Made by a program: the position numbers and the translations under genes. This document shows positions 11,201 to 23,367 of a DNA stretch of 64,000 nucleotides, piece after piece (position 1 is the first letter of the stretch; each line of letters opens with the position of its first letter). Source of the stretch: a virus (Duplodnaviria; Heunggongvirae; Uroviricota; Caudoviricetes); the IMG/VR virus record IMGVR_UViG_2718218136_000001. One strand, given 5' to 3'. A model generated the notes under the pieces. That model was not told where the DNA came from. It saw only the letters and a program-made list of their open reading frames with translations, and ran no database searches.

Positions 11201-11384
11201 CCAGCATCGCCGACTGAGATTTTACGGATATAAATTCATAGCCCTGATTTCGCAGGTCCTGAATCAGTTCACGTTCCAGGTCCGATTCGCTCTGGTAGCT
11301 GTCGCCTGTTGGCTCAGCTTTGATGTACTTATCAAGAACGATAAAGTTATTGGATTCAGCAATGGTGTGTGTCTGATGAGTCAT
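8268..11384 (-). CDS. hsdR: Type I restriction enzyme R subunit (type IC, EcoR124-like)
   Basis: 1038 aa; Walker A TGSGKT, DECH box (FDECHRSQ); own promoter region 11385-11505. Confidence 0.9.
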
Positions 11385-11505
11385 AGCGCATCCTTTGTGC
11401 CGTCTGGCAAGGGCCGGAAGGGGGGTAATGGTGACTTCCGGCGCGTAAAAAATAGTCTATATACTGACCGGGTGTTAAGGTGGTCCGATCGGTAGCAATG
11501 ATCAA

Positions 11506-12737
<1,232 letters not shown>

Positions 12738-12741
<4 letters not shown>

Positions 12742-14300
12742 TTTTGCACCTCGCAGCCTTCAATTTCAGCCACAATCGCATCAATATCTTTACGCAACTG
12801 GTCGATTTTGCTGACCGTGGTTTTCAGCTCAGCATTCAGCTCAGCAATATCGATAATTTCGCGGTTATCTTTCGCTTCCACATAGCTGCTCACCGACAGG
12901 TTATAGTCATTAGCAACAACGGTCTCAAACGCGACAGATTTCGCCAGATGAGCAACATCTTCCTTGCTGGCAAATACCTGCATAATCTGTTCGATATGGG
13001 TATCGGTCAGGATATTGTTGTTAGTCTCTTTTTTGAACAGTTCGCTGGCGTCAATAAACTGAACGTTGGTATCCGTTTTATGTTTGGACAGAACCAGAAT
13101 GTTTACTGCAATGGTGGTGCCAAAGAACAGGTTCGGTGCCAGTGAAATTACGGTTTCGACATAGTTATTGTCAATCAGATACTGACGGATTTTCTGCTCC
13201 GCGCCGCCACGGTAAAAAATACCCGGGAAGCAAACAATCGCAGCACGACCTTTGGCAGAAAGATAGTTCAGCGCATGTAGTACAAAGGCGAAGTCAGCTT
13301 TTGATTTGGGGGCCAGAACGCCAGCCGGGGCAAAACGCTCATCGTTAATCAGTGTCGGGTCATCGCTGCCAATCCATTTCACCGAATACGGCGGGTTAGA
13401 AACGATGGCATCAAACGGTTTTTCATCTCTGAAGTGCGGCTCAGTCAGTGTATTACCCAGCCTGATATCAAACTTGTCGTAGTTGATGTTGTGCAAAAAC
13501 ATGTTCATACGCGCCAGATTATAGGTCGTATGGTTGATTTCCTGACCGAAAAAGCCTTCTTCGATGATATGGTTATCAAACTGCTTTTTAGCCTGCAACA
13601 ACAGTGAGCCGGAACCCGCTGCCGGGTCGTAGATTTTGTTAACGTTGGTCTGCCCGTGCATAGCCAGTTGTGCAATCAGCCTGGAGACGTGCTGCGGTGT
13701 AAAGAACTCACCGCCTGACTTACCAGCATTCGCCGCATAGTTAGAAATCAGGAACTCATAGGCATCGCCGAACAGGTCAATCTGATGTTCGTTAAAGTCG
13801 CCAAGCTTTAAGCCTTCAACCCCTTTCAGGACCGCAGCCAGGCGGGCATTTTTATCCTTAACGGTGTTACCCAGGCGGTTACTGGTGGTATCGAAATCAG
13901 CAAACAGACCTTTGATGTCTGCTTCTGAAGGATAACCGTAAGCAGAACTTTCGATAGCAACGAAGATGCTGTTTAAATCTGCATTCAGTCTGTCATTGGT
14001 ATTTGCTTTCGCCGCTACGTTGCAGAAAAGCTGACTGGGGTAGATGAAGTAGCCTTTAGTTTTGATGGCATCGTCTTTAATATCATCAGTAATTACGCTG
14101 TCATCCAGTTTCGCATAACAGATACTGTCATCACCGGCTTCAATATAGCTGGAAAAATTTTCGCTGATAAAACGGTAGAAAAGTGCGCCCAGAACGTATT
14201 GCTTAAAATCCCATCCATCGACCGAACCCCTGACATCGTTAGCAATTTGCCAGATTTGACGATGAAGCTCTGCACGTTGTTGAATACTTGTCATTTTCAT
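12738..14300 (-). CDS. hsdM: Type I R-M N6-adenine DNA methyltransferase subunit
   Basis: 520 aa; NPPY motif (VSNPPYS) and AdoMet-binding [10 protein letters not shown]. Confidence 0.9.
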
Positions 14301-14476
14301 CCACTTATTTCAGGCTTATGTAATTGGATGTGATTCTACAGCAACTTGGATGCTTTAGCAGTTCGGATATTAGGCTACGAATGACCTGCCTAGAGGTTTG
14401 TTAAGCCGCAAAGTGCTGGTGCTTTATGTCTGTGAAGTTTATAATTGCGTACACATAACGAGTACACGAGGTATTT

Positions 14477-14698
14477 ATGCAATCCATTAACTTCCGTACC
14501 GCGCGCGGCAACCTTTCTGAAGTGCTCAACAATGTTGAAGCCGGGGAAGAGGTTGAAATCACCCGCAGAGGCCGTGAGCCAGCAGTAATTGTCAGCAAGG
14601 CTACTTTCGAAGCCTACAAAAAAGCGGCGCTGGATGCTGAATTTGCATCCCTGTTTGACACCCTGGACTCCACCAACAAGGAACTGGTTAACCGATAA
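14477..14698 (+). CDS. phd: Phd antitoxin (prevents host death)
   Basis: 73 aa, [39 protein letters not shown]...; matches P1 Phd as I recall it. Confidence 0.95.
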
Positions 14699-15078
14699 TG
14701 AGGCATATATCACCGGAAGAACTTATTGCGCTTCATGATGCGAATATAAGCCGCTACGGCGGCCTGCCGGGAATGTCAGATCCGGGTAGGGCAGAGGCCA
14801 TTATCGGGAGAGTTCAGGCCAGAGTTGCCTACGAAGAGATCACCGACCTTTTCGAAGTCTCCGCCACCTACCTGGTGGCTACAGCGAGAGGGCATATATT
14901 CAATGATGCCAATAAGCGTACCGCGCTAAACAGCGCGCTGCTATTTCTACGCCGTAACGGGGTGCAGGTATTTGATTCACCTGAACTGGTAGACCTTACC
15001 GTAGGGGCTGCGACCGGAGAGATATCTGTATCTTCTGTCGCCGACACGTTACGTAGATTGTATGGTTCTGCGGAGTAG
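14698..15078 (+). CDS. doc: Doc toxin (Fic-family kinase)
   Basis: 126 aa; overlapping start with phd stop; Fic-like [11 protein letters not shown] motif. Confidence 0.95.
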
Positions 15079-15082
15079 ATTA

Positions 15083-15262
15083 ATGGCACGTAAATACAAC
15101 AAGTTGTCCCGTGAAGCGTTAAAGATGCTTCTTGATGGCGTGAGCCGCCGCAAGGTAAAGCAATACCTGGTTGGTAAGCAAATTGGAGTCAGGACCGCTA
15201 TTGCTGTGTTATGCCGTCAGGAAATGGTTGTGCTTAAACAGAGAATGCCGGGCAGCAGATAA
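15083..15262 (+). CDS. Small basic protein downstream of doc (pdcA position in P1)
   Basis: ORF track 15062..15262; ATG at 15083 follows the doc stop. Confidence 0.4.
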   Translation: MARKYNKLSREALKMLLDGVSRRKVKQYLVGKQIGVRTAIAVLCRQEMVVLKQRMPGSR

Positions 15263-15289
15263 AGCCCAATCAGTGATTAAAGGTGTGAT

Positions 15290-16333
15290 GTGAAAGCCAT
15301 AATTACTCCCTTTGTACAGAAAGAGCTTGGCCTCGCCACGTTCAAAGTGGATCAGGAGGTCAGAAAGCTGGTGGAGGCTGGCCGTAAATTTATTATGGAG
15401 CCGGTGCCGCGTGAGTTAATCGAGCACATGGAAGACGGCCTCGTTGTTACCGAGCAAACCATGGCAACAAATGAGGCGTTGCAGCCGTTTTTTAACAGCG
15501 ATGAACTGTTTCGCCGTATTGGTGGAATTGACGCGCTGGTGGCGTGGTTGCGTAAGAAAGAGGGTCAATGCCAGGCCGCAGATCGTAGTTGGTGTGACAA
15601 CCATATTGTCCACGCTGAACGAGACAATAGCGCGGTGTTGTTGTGCTGGCATCACGATAACCATTATCGGATGCGTGGTTTTAATGAGCTGAAAGAAACG
15701 CTGCACAATAATCGCGTTAACTGGATACTGGATGTCGCCCGTCAGGAAATGGGCCTTTCAAATAGCCATGATTTAAGTATTCAGGAGCTGTGCTGGTGGG
15801 CTTTCATGCGCAACATGATGCACCTGATGCCGGAAGAAGTCTGCCGCATATCAATAAATAAGATGAAGGCTACTCCGCAGGATAGCGGACCTCTGAAAGA
15901 GGCGGATATTCGCCCGTATGACGATCGCGCTACAGCATATGTTCAGATGATGGAAGAACGCGCCGCGCCGATGCGTGCAAAAGTATGCCCTGTGGATGTT
16001 GACTCCGACCCTGGCATGGCGCATTTCAAAATACCAAAACTGCAATCGCTAAAATTACCTGAGTACATGGACTTTGTTGCTTCCCGTCCATGCTGTGGGT
16101 GTGGAGCTGCGGGAGCTGGCGCTCACATTACGCCTCATATCGTTCGTCATAGTCGATTATGCGCGCATGACATTTACGCAATTCCTCTGTGCCAGTCATG
16201 CCAGCGTGATATTGAGCGTGACCGCGATAATTGGGAGAAGACGCACGGTAGGTTGGCGATGCATCAACGATTGTTCTTTGATTACGCGCTTGGAGTCGGC
16301 GCTATCACAAGTCACTCGTCGAACGTTAGGTAA
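15290..16333 (+). CDS. Cysteine-rich protein downstream of doc (pdcB position in P1)
   Basis: 347-aa ORF; conserved synteny phd-doc-pdcA-pdcB-lpa. Confidence 0.5.
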   Translation: MKAIITPFVQKELGLATFKVDQEVRKLVEAGRKFIMEPVPRELIEHMEDGLVVTEQTMATNEALQPFFNSDELFRRIGGIDALVAWLRKKEGQCQAADRSWCDNHIVHAERDNSAVLLCWHHDNHYRMRGFNELKETLHNNRVNWILDVARQEMGLSNSHDLSIQELCWWAFMRNMMHLMPEEVCRISINKMKATPQDSGPLKEADIRPYDDRATAYVQMMEERAAPMRAKVCPVDVDSDPGMAHFKIPKLQSLKLPEYMDFVASRPCCGCGAAGAGAHITPHIVRHSRLCAHDIYAIPLCQSCQRDIERDRDNWEKTHGRLAMHQRLFFDYALGVGAITSHSSNVR

Positions 16334-16334
16334 A

Positions 16335-16351
16335 ATTGCTCTAATGTATTG
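16335..16351 (+). promoter_or_regulatory. C1-operator-like site upstream of lpa (attgctctaatgtattg)
   Basis: Consensus match; P1 lpa is C1-controlled (recollection). Confidence 0.55.
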
Positions 16352-16421
16352 CTATTTATTTAATCTATGGTATTATATTCCACGTTGATTAGTTGACATG
16401 GGCTAATCAGTAGGTGACAGG

Positions 16422-16874
16422 ATGTTACTTAACTGGCAGGGACGCCACTTCATGGAAATAAATCACTTACGAATAACATCGTATGAGATTGCGGATTACA
16501 TGATCCGCACCAAATCTCTTCTATCAGCGAAAGAACTCGCAGCAATCCTTGAAAAGGAATACCCGCATCTGGATGTCGATAAGCGCGACGTTTATCTGCG
16601 CTTAAAGGCTATCGCTGTGTCTAAGTATTCGTCTGTTTTGATTGATGACAGTACACGCCCACGTAGATTTCAGATCCACTCTCTGAATCCTGAATTCTTT
16701 CGCCGCAGCCGCGCGCCGCGCCGGTTTGATGAAAAACTCCAGAACGAACTCTATATGACGCAGGACGAAAAGGAACGCCGGGAACACCAGCCTTGGGTAA
16801 TGGCGCGTCAACTTTTCAATAAGGTAGCCCGTCAGCACCGTCATTACGGTAATGCCACATCCGCACGTATCTGA
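16422..16874 (+). CDS. lpa: Late promoter activator
   Basis: 150-aa ORF immediately upstream of pacA, downstream of an operator; call by synteny and size. Confidence 0.6.
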   Translation: MLLNWQGRHFMEINHLRITSYEIADYMIRTKSLLSAKELAAILEKEYPHLDVDKRDVYLRLKAIAVSKYSSVLIDDSTRPRRFQIHSLNPEFFRRSRAPRRFDEKLQNELYMTQDEKERREHQPWVMARQLFNKVARQHRHYGNATSARI

Positions 16875-16959
16875 TTGATTGCTTGCCCGTTCCGGGCCTT
16901 TTGACATGTGACTTTCGTTACCCTCGCGTCAAAAAGAGTTTTTACGAAAGGAAGCATAA

Positions 16960-18153
16960 GTGACCTGGGACGATCACAAGAAGAATTTTGCTCGCCTGGC
17001 GCGAGATGGTGGTTACACCATCGCACAATATGCCGCCGAGTTTAATCTCAACCCAAACACCGCACGTCGTTATCTCCGTGCATTCAAAGAAGACACCAGA
17101 ACAGCGGACAGCCGTAAGCCAAATAAGCCTGTCAGGAAACCACTAAAAAGCATGATCATTGATCACGCTAATGATCAACGTGCAGGTGATCACATTGTGG
17201 CTGAAGTGGCTGAAAAACAAAGAGTTAATGCTGTTGTCAGTGCCGCAGTCGAGAACGCTAAGCGCCAAAATAAGCGCATAAATGATCGTTCTGATGATCA
17301 TGACGTGATCACCCGCGCCCACCGTACCTTACGTGATCGCCTGGAACGCGACACCCTGGATGATGATGGTGAACGCTTTGAATTCGAAGCTGGCGATTAC
17401 CTGATAGATAACGTTGAAGCGCGGAAGGCCGCGCGCGCTATGTTGCGTCGGTCCGGGGCCGATGTTCTGGAAACCACTCTTCTGGAAAAGTCTCTTTCTC
17501 ATCTCCTTATGCTGGAGAACGCCAGGGATACGTGCATTCGCCTGGTGCAGGAAATGCGCGATCAGCAAAAAGACGATGATGAAGGTACTCCGCCTGAATA
17601 CCGTATCGCGAGCATGCTAAACAGCTGTTCCGCGCAGATAAGCAGCCTGATCAACACCATTTACAGCATCCGGAATAACTATCGAAAAGAAAGCCGGGAG
17701 GCGGAAAAGCACGCTTTATCTATGGGGCAAGCTGGCATTGTTAAGCTGGCATACGAACGAAAGCGTGAAAATAACTGGTCAGTGCTGGAAGCGGCTGAAT
17801 TCATCGAGGCGCATGGAGGAAAAGTGCCGCCCCTGATGCTGGAGCAAATCAAAGCCGATCTGCGTGCTCCTAAGACCAATACCGATGATGAGGAAAATCA
17901 AACAGCATCTGGCGCTCCATCACTTGAAGATCTGGATAAAATCGCGCGAGAACGGGCCGCCAGCCGCCGCGCTGATGCCGCATTGTGGATTGAGCATCGT
18001 AGAGAAGAAATTGCCGATATCGTCGATACAGGTGGTTATGGTGATGTCGATGCGGAAGGCATATCAAACGAAGCATGGCTTGAACAGGATCTGGACGAAG
18101 ACGAGGAGGAAGACGAAGAAGTTACCCGCAAACTGTACGGGGATGATGATTAA
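16960..18153 (+). CDS. pacA: Terminase small subunit PacA
   Basis: 397 aa, GTG start, [18 protein letters not shown]...; contains the pac hexamer cluster. Confidence 0.9.
17150..17315 (+). other. pac packaging site: two clusters of TGATCA/G hexamers (Dam GATC sites) inside pacA
   Basis: Four hexamers at 17153-17192 and three to four at 17283-17312, as in P1 pac. Confidence 0.8.
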
Positions 18154-19637
18154 TGGCCAGAAGTTGCGTAACGGACCCACGTTGGCGCGAGCTTGTGGCG
18201 CTATATCGTTATGACTGGATTGCGGCCGCTGATGTGTTGTTTGGGAAGACACCAACCTGGCAGCAGGATGAGATCATTGAGTCCACGCAGCAGGACGGCA
18301 GTTGGACAAGTGTGACCTCCGGCCATGGTACTGGTAAATCGGATATGACGAGTATCATTGCAATACTTTTCATCATGTTTTTCCCCGGCGCTCGCGTCAT
18401 TCTGGTCGCTAACAAAAGACAGCAAGTCCTTGATGGTATTTTCAAATACATAAAGAGCAATTGGGCTACTGCTGTTAGCAGATTCCCGTGGTTGTCGAAG
18501 TATTTCATTCTTACAGAAACGTCTTTTTTTGAGGTGACTGGCAAGGGTGTTTGGACAATATTGATAAAGTCCTGTCGCCCCGGAAATGAGGAGGCGTTGG
18601 CTGGTGAACACGCCGATCATCTCTTGTATATCATCGACGAAGCGTCGGGGGTGAGTGATAAAGCATTCAGTGTGATAACAGGTGCGCTGACCGGTAAGGA
18701 TAACCGTATTCTGCTTCTTTCCCAGCCTACGCGACCTTCAGGCTATTTCTACGATTCACACCACAGACTAGCTATTCGCCCGGGAAATCCTGATGGATTG
18801 TTTACTGCGATAATACTGAATAGTGAAGAATCTCCGCTTGTAGATGCAAAATTTATACGAGCAAAACTTGCGGAGTATGGCGGTCGTGATAACCCCATGT
18901 ACATGATCAAAGTACGTGGTGAATTTCCCAAATCTCAAGATGGCTTTCTTCTTGGTCGTGATGAGGTTGAGCGGGCGACGCGGCGAAAGGTCAAGATTGC
19001 CAAAGGATGGGGCTGGGTTGCATGTGTTGACGTTGCTGGTGGCACAGGACGAGATAAGTCCGTTATTAATATCATGATGGTGTCCGGCCAGCGAAATAAA
19101 CGCCGTGTAATCAACTATCGTATGCTGGAATACACAGACGTTACAGAAACGCAGTTAGCCGCCAAGATTTTCGCAGAATGTAACCCAGAACGGTTCCCGA
19201 ACATAACCATAGCTATTGATGGCGATGGCTTGGGGAAATCGACGGCTGATCTAATGTACGAACGCTATGGCATTACCGTCCAGCGTATCCGCTGGGGTAA
19301 AAAGATGCACAGCCGTGAAGATAAAAGCCTTTATTTCGATATGCGCGCTTTCGCGAATATTCAGGCGGCAGAAGCTGTAAAATCAGGGCGTATGAGGCTT
19401 GATAAGGGGGCTGCGACTATAGAGGAAGCATCAAAGATACCGGTAGGGATAAATTCCGCAGGTCAATGGAAGGTGATGTCAAAGGAAGATATGAAGAAAA
19501 AACTCAACCTGCACTCACCGGACCATTGGGATACATATTGTTTCGCTATGTTGGCGAACTATGTTCCCCAAGATGAAGTGCTTAGCGTCGAAGACGAAGC
19601 GCAGGTTGATGAAGCTCTGGCATGGCTTAACGAGTAA
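18153..19637 (+). CDS. pacB: Terminase large subunit PacB
   Basis: 494 aa; start overlaps pacA stop; ATPase-like GHGTGKS segment. Confidence 0.85.
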
Positions 19638-19640
19638 AAA

Positions 19641-19657
19641 CTTGCTCTAATAAATTG
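19641..19657 (+). promoter_or_regulatory. C1-operator-like site (cttgctctaataaattg) upstream of the icd-ant module
   Basis: 16/17 consensus match, 4 nt after the pacB stop. Confidence 0.55.
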
Positions 19658-19864
19658 TGTTTTTTGACTGCCGATGTTACATTGAACCTGACCTCTTGCG
19701 CCTTGAGGCATTTTCGGTTTATGCTTATCAGGCACCTCATTAAAACGGGTGCCGGGATTGAGACCCCGGATAATGTCAAAGGCGACACAGACGCCGAAAG
19801 CGTCTTTTTTTGTGTCATGCCATCGCACAGCCATACGTAGCGTTTAGCTCCGAAATCAATGGTA

Positions 19865-19955
19865 GTGCTGGCTGGGCTGCCGAAAGGCAGGCCGGTTCCC
19901 TTTGACGCCGGTAGTCTCAACCCAGTCAGTGCTACCGCCATTGAGATTGAGACCT
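19865..19955 (+). ncRNA. Candidate c4-like antisense RNA (immI repressor RNA)
   Basis: Hairpin gtctcaa...ttgagac (19914-19947) whose loop carries gctaccgc, complementary to gcggtagc at 19959-19966 just upstream of the icd RBS; direct repeat tagctcc at 19849 and 19963. Boundaries approximate. Confidence 0.35.
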
Positions 19956-19996
19956 CACGCGGTAGCTCCTTAACTTAGTCAAAGGAGGCTGCCATT

Positions 19997-20218
19997 ATGG
20001 CTACTGTCCCTACCCCAACTCATCCTGAATTCATCTGGCGCTTCTATTCCTGCCAGAAACGTCACTATCACTTCGTTATTGCACCGACAGAAGATGAGGC
20101 CCGTTCTCAGCTTCCTGACGCTCCCTGCATTTTCTCTGCCCGCTTTTCCACTGATTCGCGCAACTCTCTCAGTTACTGGTGCCTCCCTGTTAACGCTTCT
20201 GCTCAGGAGGGACTATGA
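19997..20218 (+). CDS. icd: Icd-like small protein (interference with cell division), translationally coupled to ant
   Basis: 73 aa; ATGA overlap with the ant start; paralog at 58961..59182. Confidence 0.6.
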   Translation: MATVPTPTHPEFIWRFYSCQKRHYHFVIAPTEDEARSQLPDAPCIFSARFSTDSRNSLSYWCLPVNASAQEGL

Positions 20219-21330
20219 GAACGTCATTAGTCACCCGTGAAGAAATGATTGAGGCAATTGAACAGCACACATCCTGTATCAGTACCAGGGATATACCGGG
20301 CGTTATTGCCAACTACTTCATGATCACCAAACAACTTTACCGGAGAAAGGACAAGAACGCTGTTCACCGCATTCTGTTGTCTGATATCCGCGAATACCTG
20401 CTCGAACAGGGGCATCTGAATTACGCAACCGTCGCAGCCGAAACACGCAAGGAGGCACACAGAATGAAAGCAACTAACGTTAAATCAGAAAAAACTCATG
20501 CACCTTCAGTTCAGGAATCGGAGCTGGTGGTTGTTCAGAATCAGTCTGATGAAATTCCCGTTCTGGAATGGCTGGGAGTGCGTGTAGTGACAACTAAGAT
20601 CCTTGCTAAGGGGTATGGGACAGATGCGGATAACATCAAGAAGAACTTTTCCCGTAATGCTGAACGTTTTTGTGAAGGCAAGCATTTCTATAAAGTTATT
20701 GGAGATGATTTGAACAATTTGCGGGTGACTTTAAGTAACTCACAAAATCCTATCTCTCCTAAAGCCCGCTCACTCATCCTCTGGACGGAACGCGGCGCAG
20801 CCCGCCACGCTAAAATGATCGAAACCGATCAGGCATGGGCATTCTTTGAAAAACTGGAAGACAGCTACTTCCGACAAAAAGAACAGCAACCGATCGCAAT
20901 CCCCCAGACGCTTCCAGAAGCTCTGCGCCTTGCTGCCGAACTGGCTGAACAAAAGCAACTTCTGGAACAGAAAGCCCATCAGCTAAATCAGCAGCTGGTG
21001 GCCGCAGCCCCCAAAGTCGATTTTGCCGACCGGGTATCAGTGGCTAAGGGGATCCTGATTGGGAATTTTGCAAAGGTCGTTGGACTTAAACAAAATGCGC
21101 TGTTTGCCTGGTTACGGGAGAACGGCATTCTGATAGCGTCCGGCGGCCGTAAAAATGTACCGTTCCAGCAGTACATAAACGCCGGATATTTCACAGTGAA
21201 AGAAGTGGTGCTGGATGATGAAGAGGGCTACCAGATACGGCTGACGCCCCAATTAACGGGGAAAGGCCAACAGTGGTTGACGCGTAAACTGCTCGATGCT
21301 GGCTTGTTAAAACCGGTGGCGGCTGAATAA
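20215..21330 (+). CDS. ant: Antirepressor Ant (N-terminal domain plus C-terminal antirepressor domain)
   Basis: 371 aa; C-terminal QQYINAGYFTVKEV...GKGQQWL block shared with the kilA-like gene and with the disrupted copy at 59179-60211. Confidence 0.7.
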   Translation: MRTSLVTREEMIEAIEQHTSCISTRDIPGVIANYFMITKQLYRRKDKNAVHRILLSDIREYLLEQGHLNYATVAAETRKEAHRMKATNVKSEKTHAPSVQESELVVVQNQSDEIPVLEWLGVRVVTTKILAKGYGTDADNIKKNFSRNAERFCEGKHFYKVIGDDLNNLRVTLSNSQNPISPKARSLILWTERGAARHAKMIETDQAWAFFEKLEDSYFRQKEQQPIAIPQTLPEALRLAAELAEQKQLLEQKAHQLNQQLVAAAPKVDFADRVSVAKGILIGNFAKVVGLKQNALFAWLRENGILIASGGRKNVPFQQYINAGYFTVKEVVLDDEEGYQIRLTPQLTGKGQQWLTRKLLDAGLLKPVAAE

Positions 21331-21362
21331 TGGAAGAATGCCCGGTTGATGCCGGGCATAAT

Positions 21363-22214
21363 TTATTGCGCGCTTTCGGGGTTGTCGTTTACTGGCTGCC
21401 CCTTCTTGGTTTTACGGCTGCGCGTAACTGATGCGGCTGACTTAACCTTTTTCTCTTCGCGAGTGATGGCAATTTGTTTTTTTACATTTTCAATATCTGC
21501 CAGGCGATATATTTTTGCTTGCGGCCAGCGGTCGCAGATGATCGGTTCTATGGAGTCATAAAGGCTAAATTTTGCTTTTTCGAATTCACCGTTGATGATG
21601 ATTCCATCACGGAGAGTTTCATCGCAGATAAACACGCCACACAGCGGTACATGGTAACTAACTGATTTACCATCATTGTAGTTAGGGCTACTGGAGATGT
21701 AGTGGACGCGCAGCATTGTTTCGCTAAAGCCGTGTACACGCATACGGAATTTTTCATCCTCCGGGTACTGCCTCATTAGCTCTTTTGTTGCTTCCAGGTT
21801 CTCTATGTATTTCGCACTGTGCTCATTGATCCCCGCGCTTTTTTGGATGCGAATGTCCTTATCAATCAGATGAATAATGCGGCCAGCGGTCATGTTGACG
21901 CTGTTCACAGCTTCTGTCTGATAAGTTGTAACCTTGCGCACACCGCGAAGGATGTTAGGCACTGGATATAAAATAGTCTTTGGGATATTGAGGTCTGGGT
22001 ACTGTTCCAGTTCCCGCGCCATTAAAGTCCATTTATCAATTTCAGCCTGAATGCTGTCCGTTTCTTTGAACGGTAGAACGACAACCGGGCGTACAGGACG
22101 ACCGTCGCTGGCGGTATCAACGTGTTGGGCGCGTGCAACAGCTTTTTTTAGAAAGAGATCCCTGAAGCTGACGAACTCCTGGTACAGTTGTTCGCCGTAG
22201 ACATAATTTATCAT
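21363..22214 (-). CDS. c1: C1 repressor of lysogeny
   Basis: 283 aa beginning MINYVYGEQLYQEFVSFRDL, matching P1 C1 as I recall it. Confidence 0.95.
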   Translation of the reverse strand: MINYVYGEQLYQEFVSFRDLFLKKAVARAQHVDTASDGRPVRPVVVLPFKETDSIQAEIDKWTLMARELEQYPDLNIPKTILYPVPNILRGVRKVTTYQTEAVNSVNMTAGRIIHLIDKDIRIQKSAGINEHSAKYIENLEATKELMRQYPEDEKFRMRVHGFSETMLRVHYISSSPNYNDGKSVSYHVPLCGVFICDETLRDGIIINGEFEKAKFSLYDSIEPIICDRWPQAKIYRLADIENVKKQIAITREEKKVKSAASVTRSRKTKKGQPVNDNPESAQ

Positions 22215-22308
22215 TGATCCTCCTCCAGAATTGACATGGTCAATAACGCCCGGCTGAGAAAACCGGTCATTACTGACCTATATTATAGAGGGATCAAACA
22301 AAAATAAT

Positions 22309-22325
22309 AGATTTATTAGTGCATT
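22309..22325 (-). promoter_or_regulatory. C1-operator-like site between coi and c1
   Basis: Reverse-orientation consensus match with three mismatches. Confidence 0.4.
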
Positions 22326-22534
22326 TATTGTGAGTCTAACTGGTTAGTTGCCATGAGATATTCGATTGTGTCAGTGAGGTCATCCAGGTCGTCTTGGGTG
22401 ATGCGGTACTCCTGATTGGATATCTTTGAGTAGTGTTCAGCAATGGCGCGGGCTGCGTCGGTTTCGGCAGGGTCTACAGATAAAGCGTTAGAGCAATGTC
22501 TAACGTCGTCGATGGTTGGTTGAATGAAAGCCAT
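22325..22534 (-). CDS. coi: Coi, C1 inactivator
   Basis: 69 aa directly upstream of c1 on the same strand. Confidence 0.85.
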   Translation of the reverse strand: MAFIQPTIDDVRHCSNALSVDPAETDAARAIAEHYSKISNQEYRITQDDLDDLTDTIEYLMATNQLDSQ

Positions 22535-22772
22535 AATTATGCCTCACTGTATTGACAACACAGAGCCTGAAGCTCTGACCTACTGTTTCACCCATGATCC
22601 ATGCTGGGGTAATCTAACAACATTGCGCTGTGTGTAAGATGAGCAATGCATAGCTGTAATGCCGTTGTATAAGGTTTCCCTGTTTGCTCATTTCCTTCTG
22701 AGCCGCTCTACAACGCTGAAGACACATTAAATAGTGAATCCCAAGTTGTATTACGAAACGGCGGCAAAACTA

Positions 22773-22789
22773 TAATCTATTAGAGCAAT
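22773..22789 (-). promoter_or_regulatory. C1-operator-like site (reverse orientation)
   Basis: ttattagagcaat core, read directly. Confidence 0.45.
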
Positions 22790-22855
22790 TGTCAAACAAC
22801 TATGAAAAACAATCCAGTTTTTTGCTGGTGGAGTGGGATTTTTCTCTCAAAATTT

Positions 22856-22872
22856 ATTGCTCTAATAATTCT
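22856..22872 (+). promoter_or_regulatory. C1-operator-like site (attgctctaataattct)
   Basis: Consensus match 35 bp upstream of the lox site. Confidence 0.5.
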
Positions 22873-22906
22873 TGATTTTTATGCGCAGCTGGACGTAAAC
22901 TCCTCT

Positions 22907-22940
22907 TCGGGCCTAATAACTTCGTATAGCATACATTATA
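22907..22940. other. lox recombination site, loxP variant (ATAACTTCGTATA-GCATACAT-TATACGAAGTAAA)
   Basis: 13-8-13 architecture; left arm and spacer identical to loxP (reverse orientation), right arm differs at two positions. Confidence 0.85.
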
Positions 22941-23138
22941 CGAAGTAAACTTAAGGGTTATTGAACATGAACAATTTACCTGTAAATCCATACAGTTCAA
23001 TACCTTATCAGGTCAAATAGTGATCACTTGATCATTTGATCAAGATTGCGCTACGTAAAATCTGTGAAAAGTTGGCAGTGTTAGTGCTCCAGATTTCGCG
23101 TAGCGCACTTAGCACCACCAATCAATCAGAGGTGAAAA

Positions 23139-23360
23139 ATGGGATATTCAGCTGCTAAAGTGTCCACTCATCTTGAGCTTGAGAAAAACCGTGGTTACTG
23201 GCGGGCAAAAGGGTTTGAGCGTGATAGTTACCAACTGTCATTATCTCGCGGTGAAGAGAAAATAGAACGCACGCGCGGTCGCTGGCGTTTCTATGACGAG
23301 AACCATAAACAGGTAAAGGCAGAGCCGATCCTGTACACTTTACTTAAAACCATTATCTGA
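23139..23360 (+). CDS. Hypothetical small protein between lox and cre
   Basis: 73-aa ORF with aggtga RBS; may instead be cre leader/promoter sequence. Confidence 0.3.
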   Translation: MGYSAAKVSTHLELEKNRGYWRAKGFERDSYQLSLSRGEEKIERTRGRWRFYDENHKQVKAEPILYTLLKTII

Positions 23361-23367
23361 GTGTTAA

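Noticed and set aside
19865-19955. tRNA gene call for the c4-like region
   Set aside because: c4 is tRNA-precursor-like but no cloverleaf with an anticodon arm could be drawn by eye; no tRNA genes are claimed in this window.
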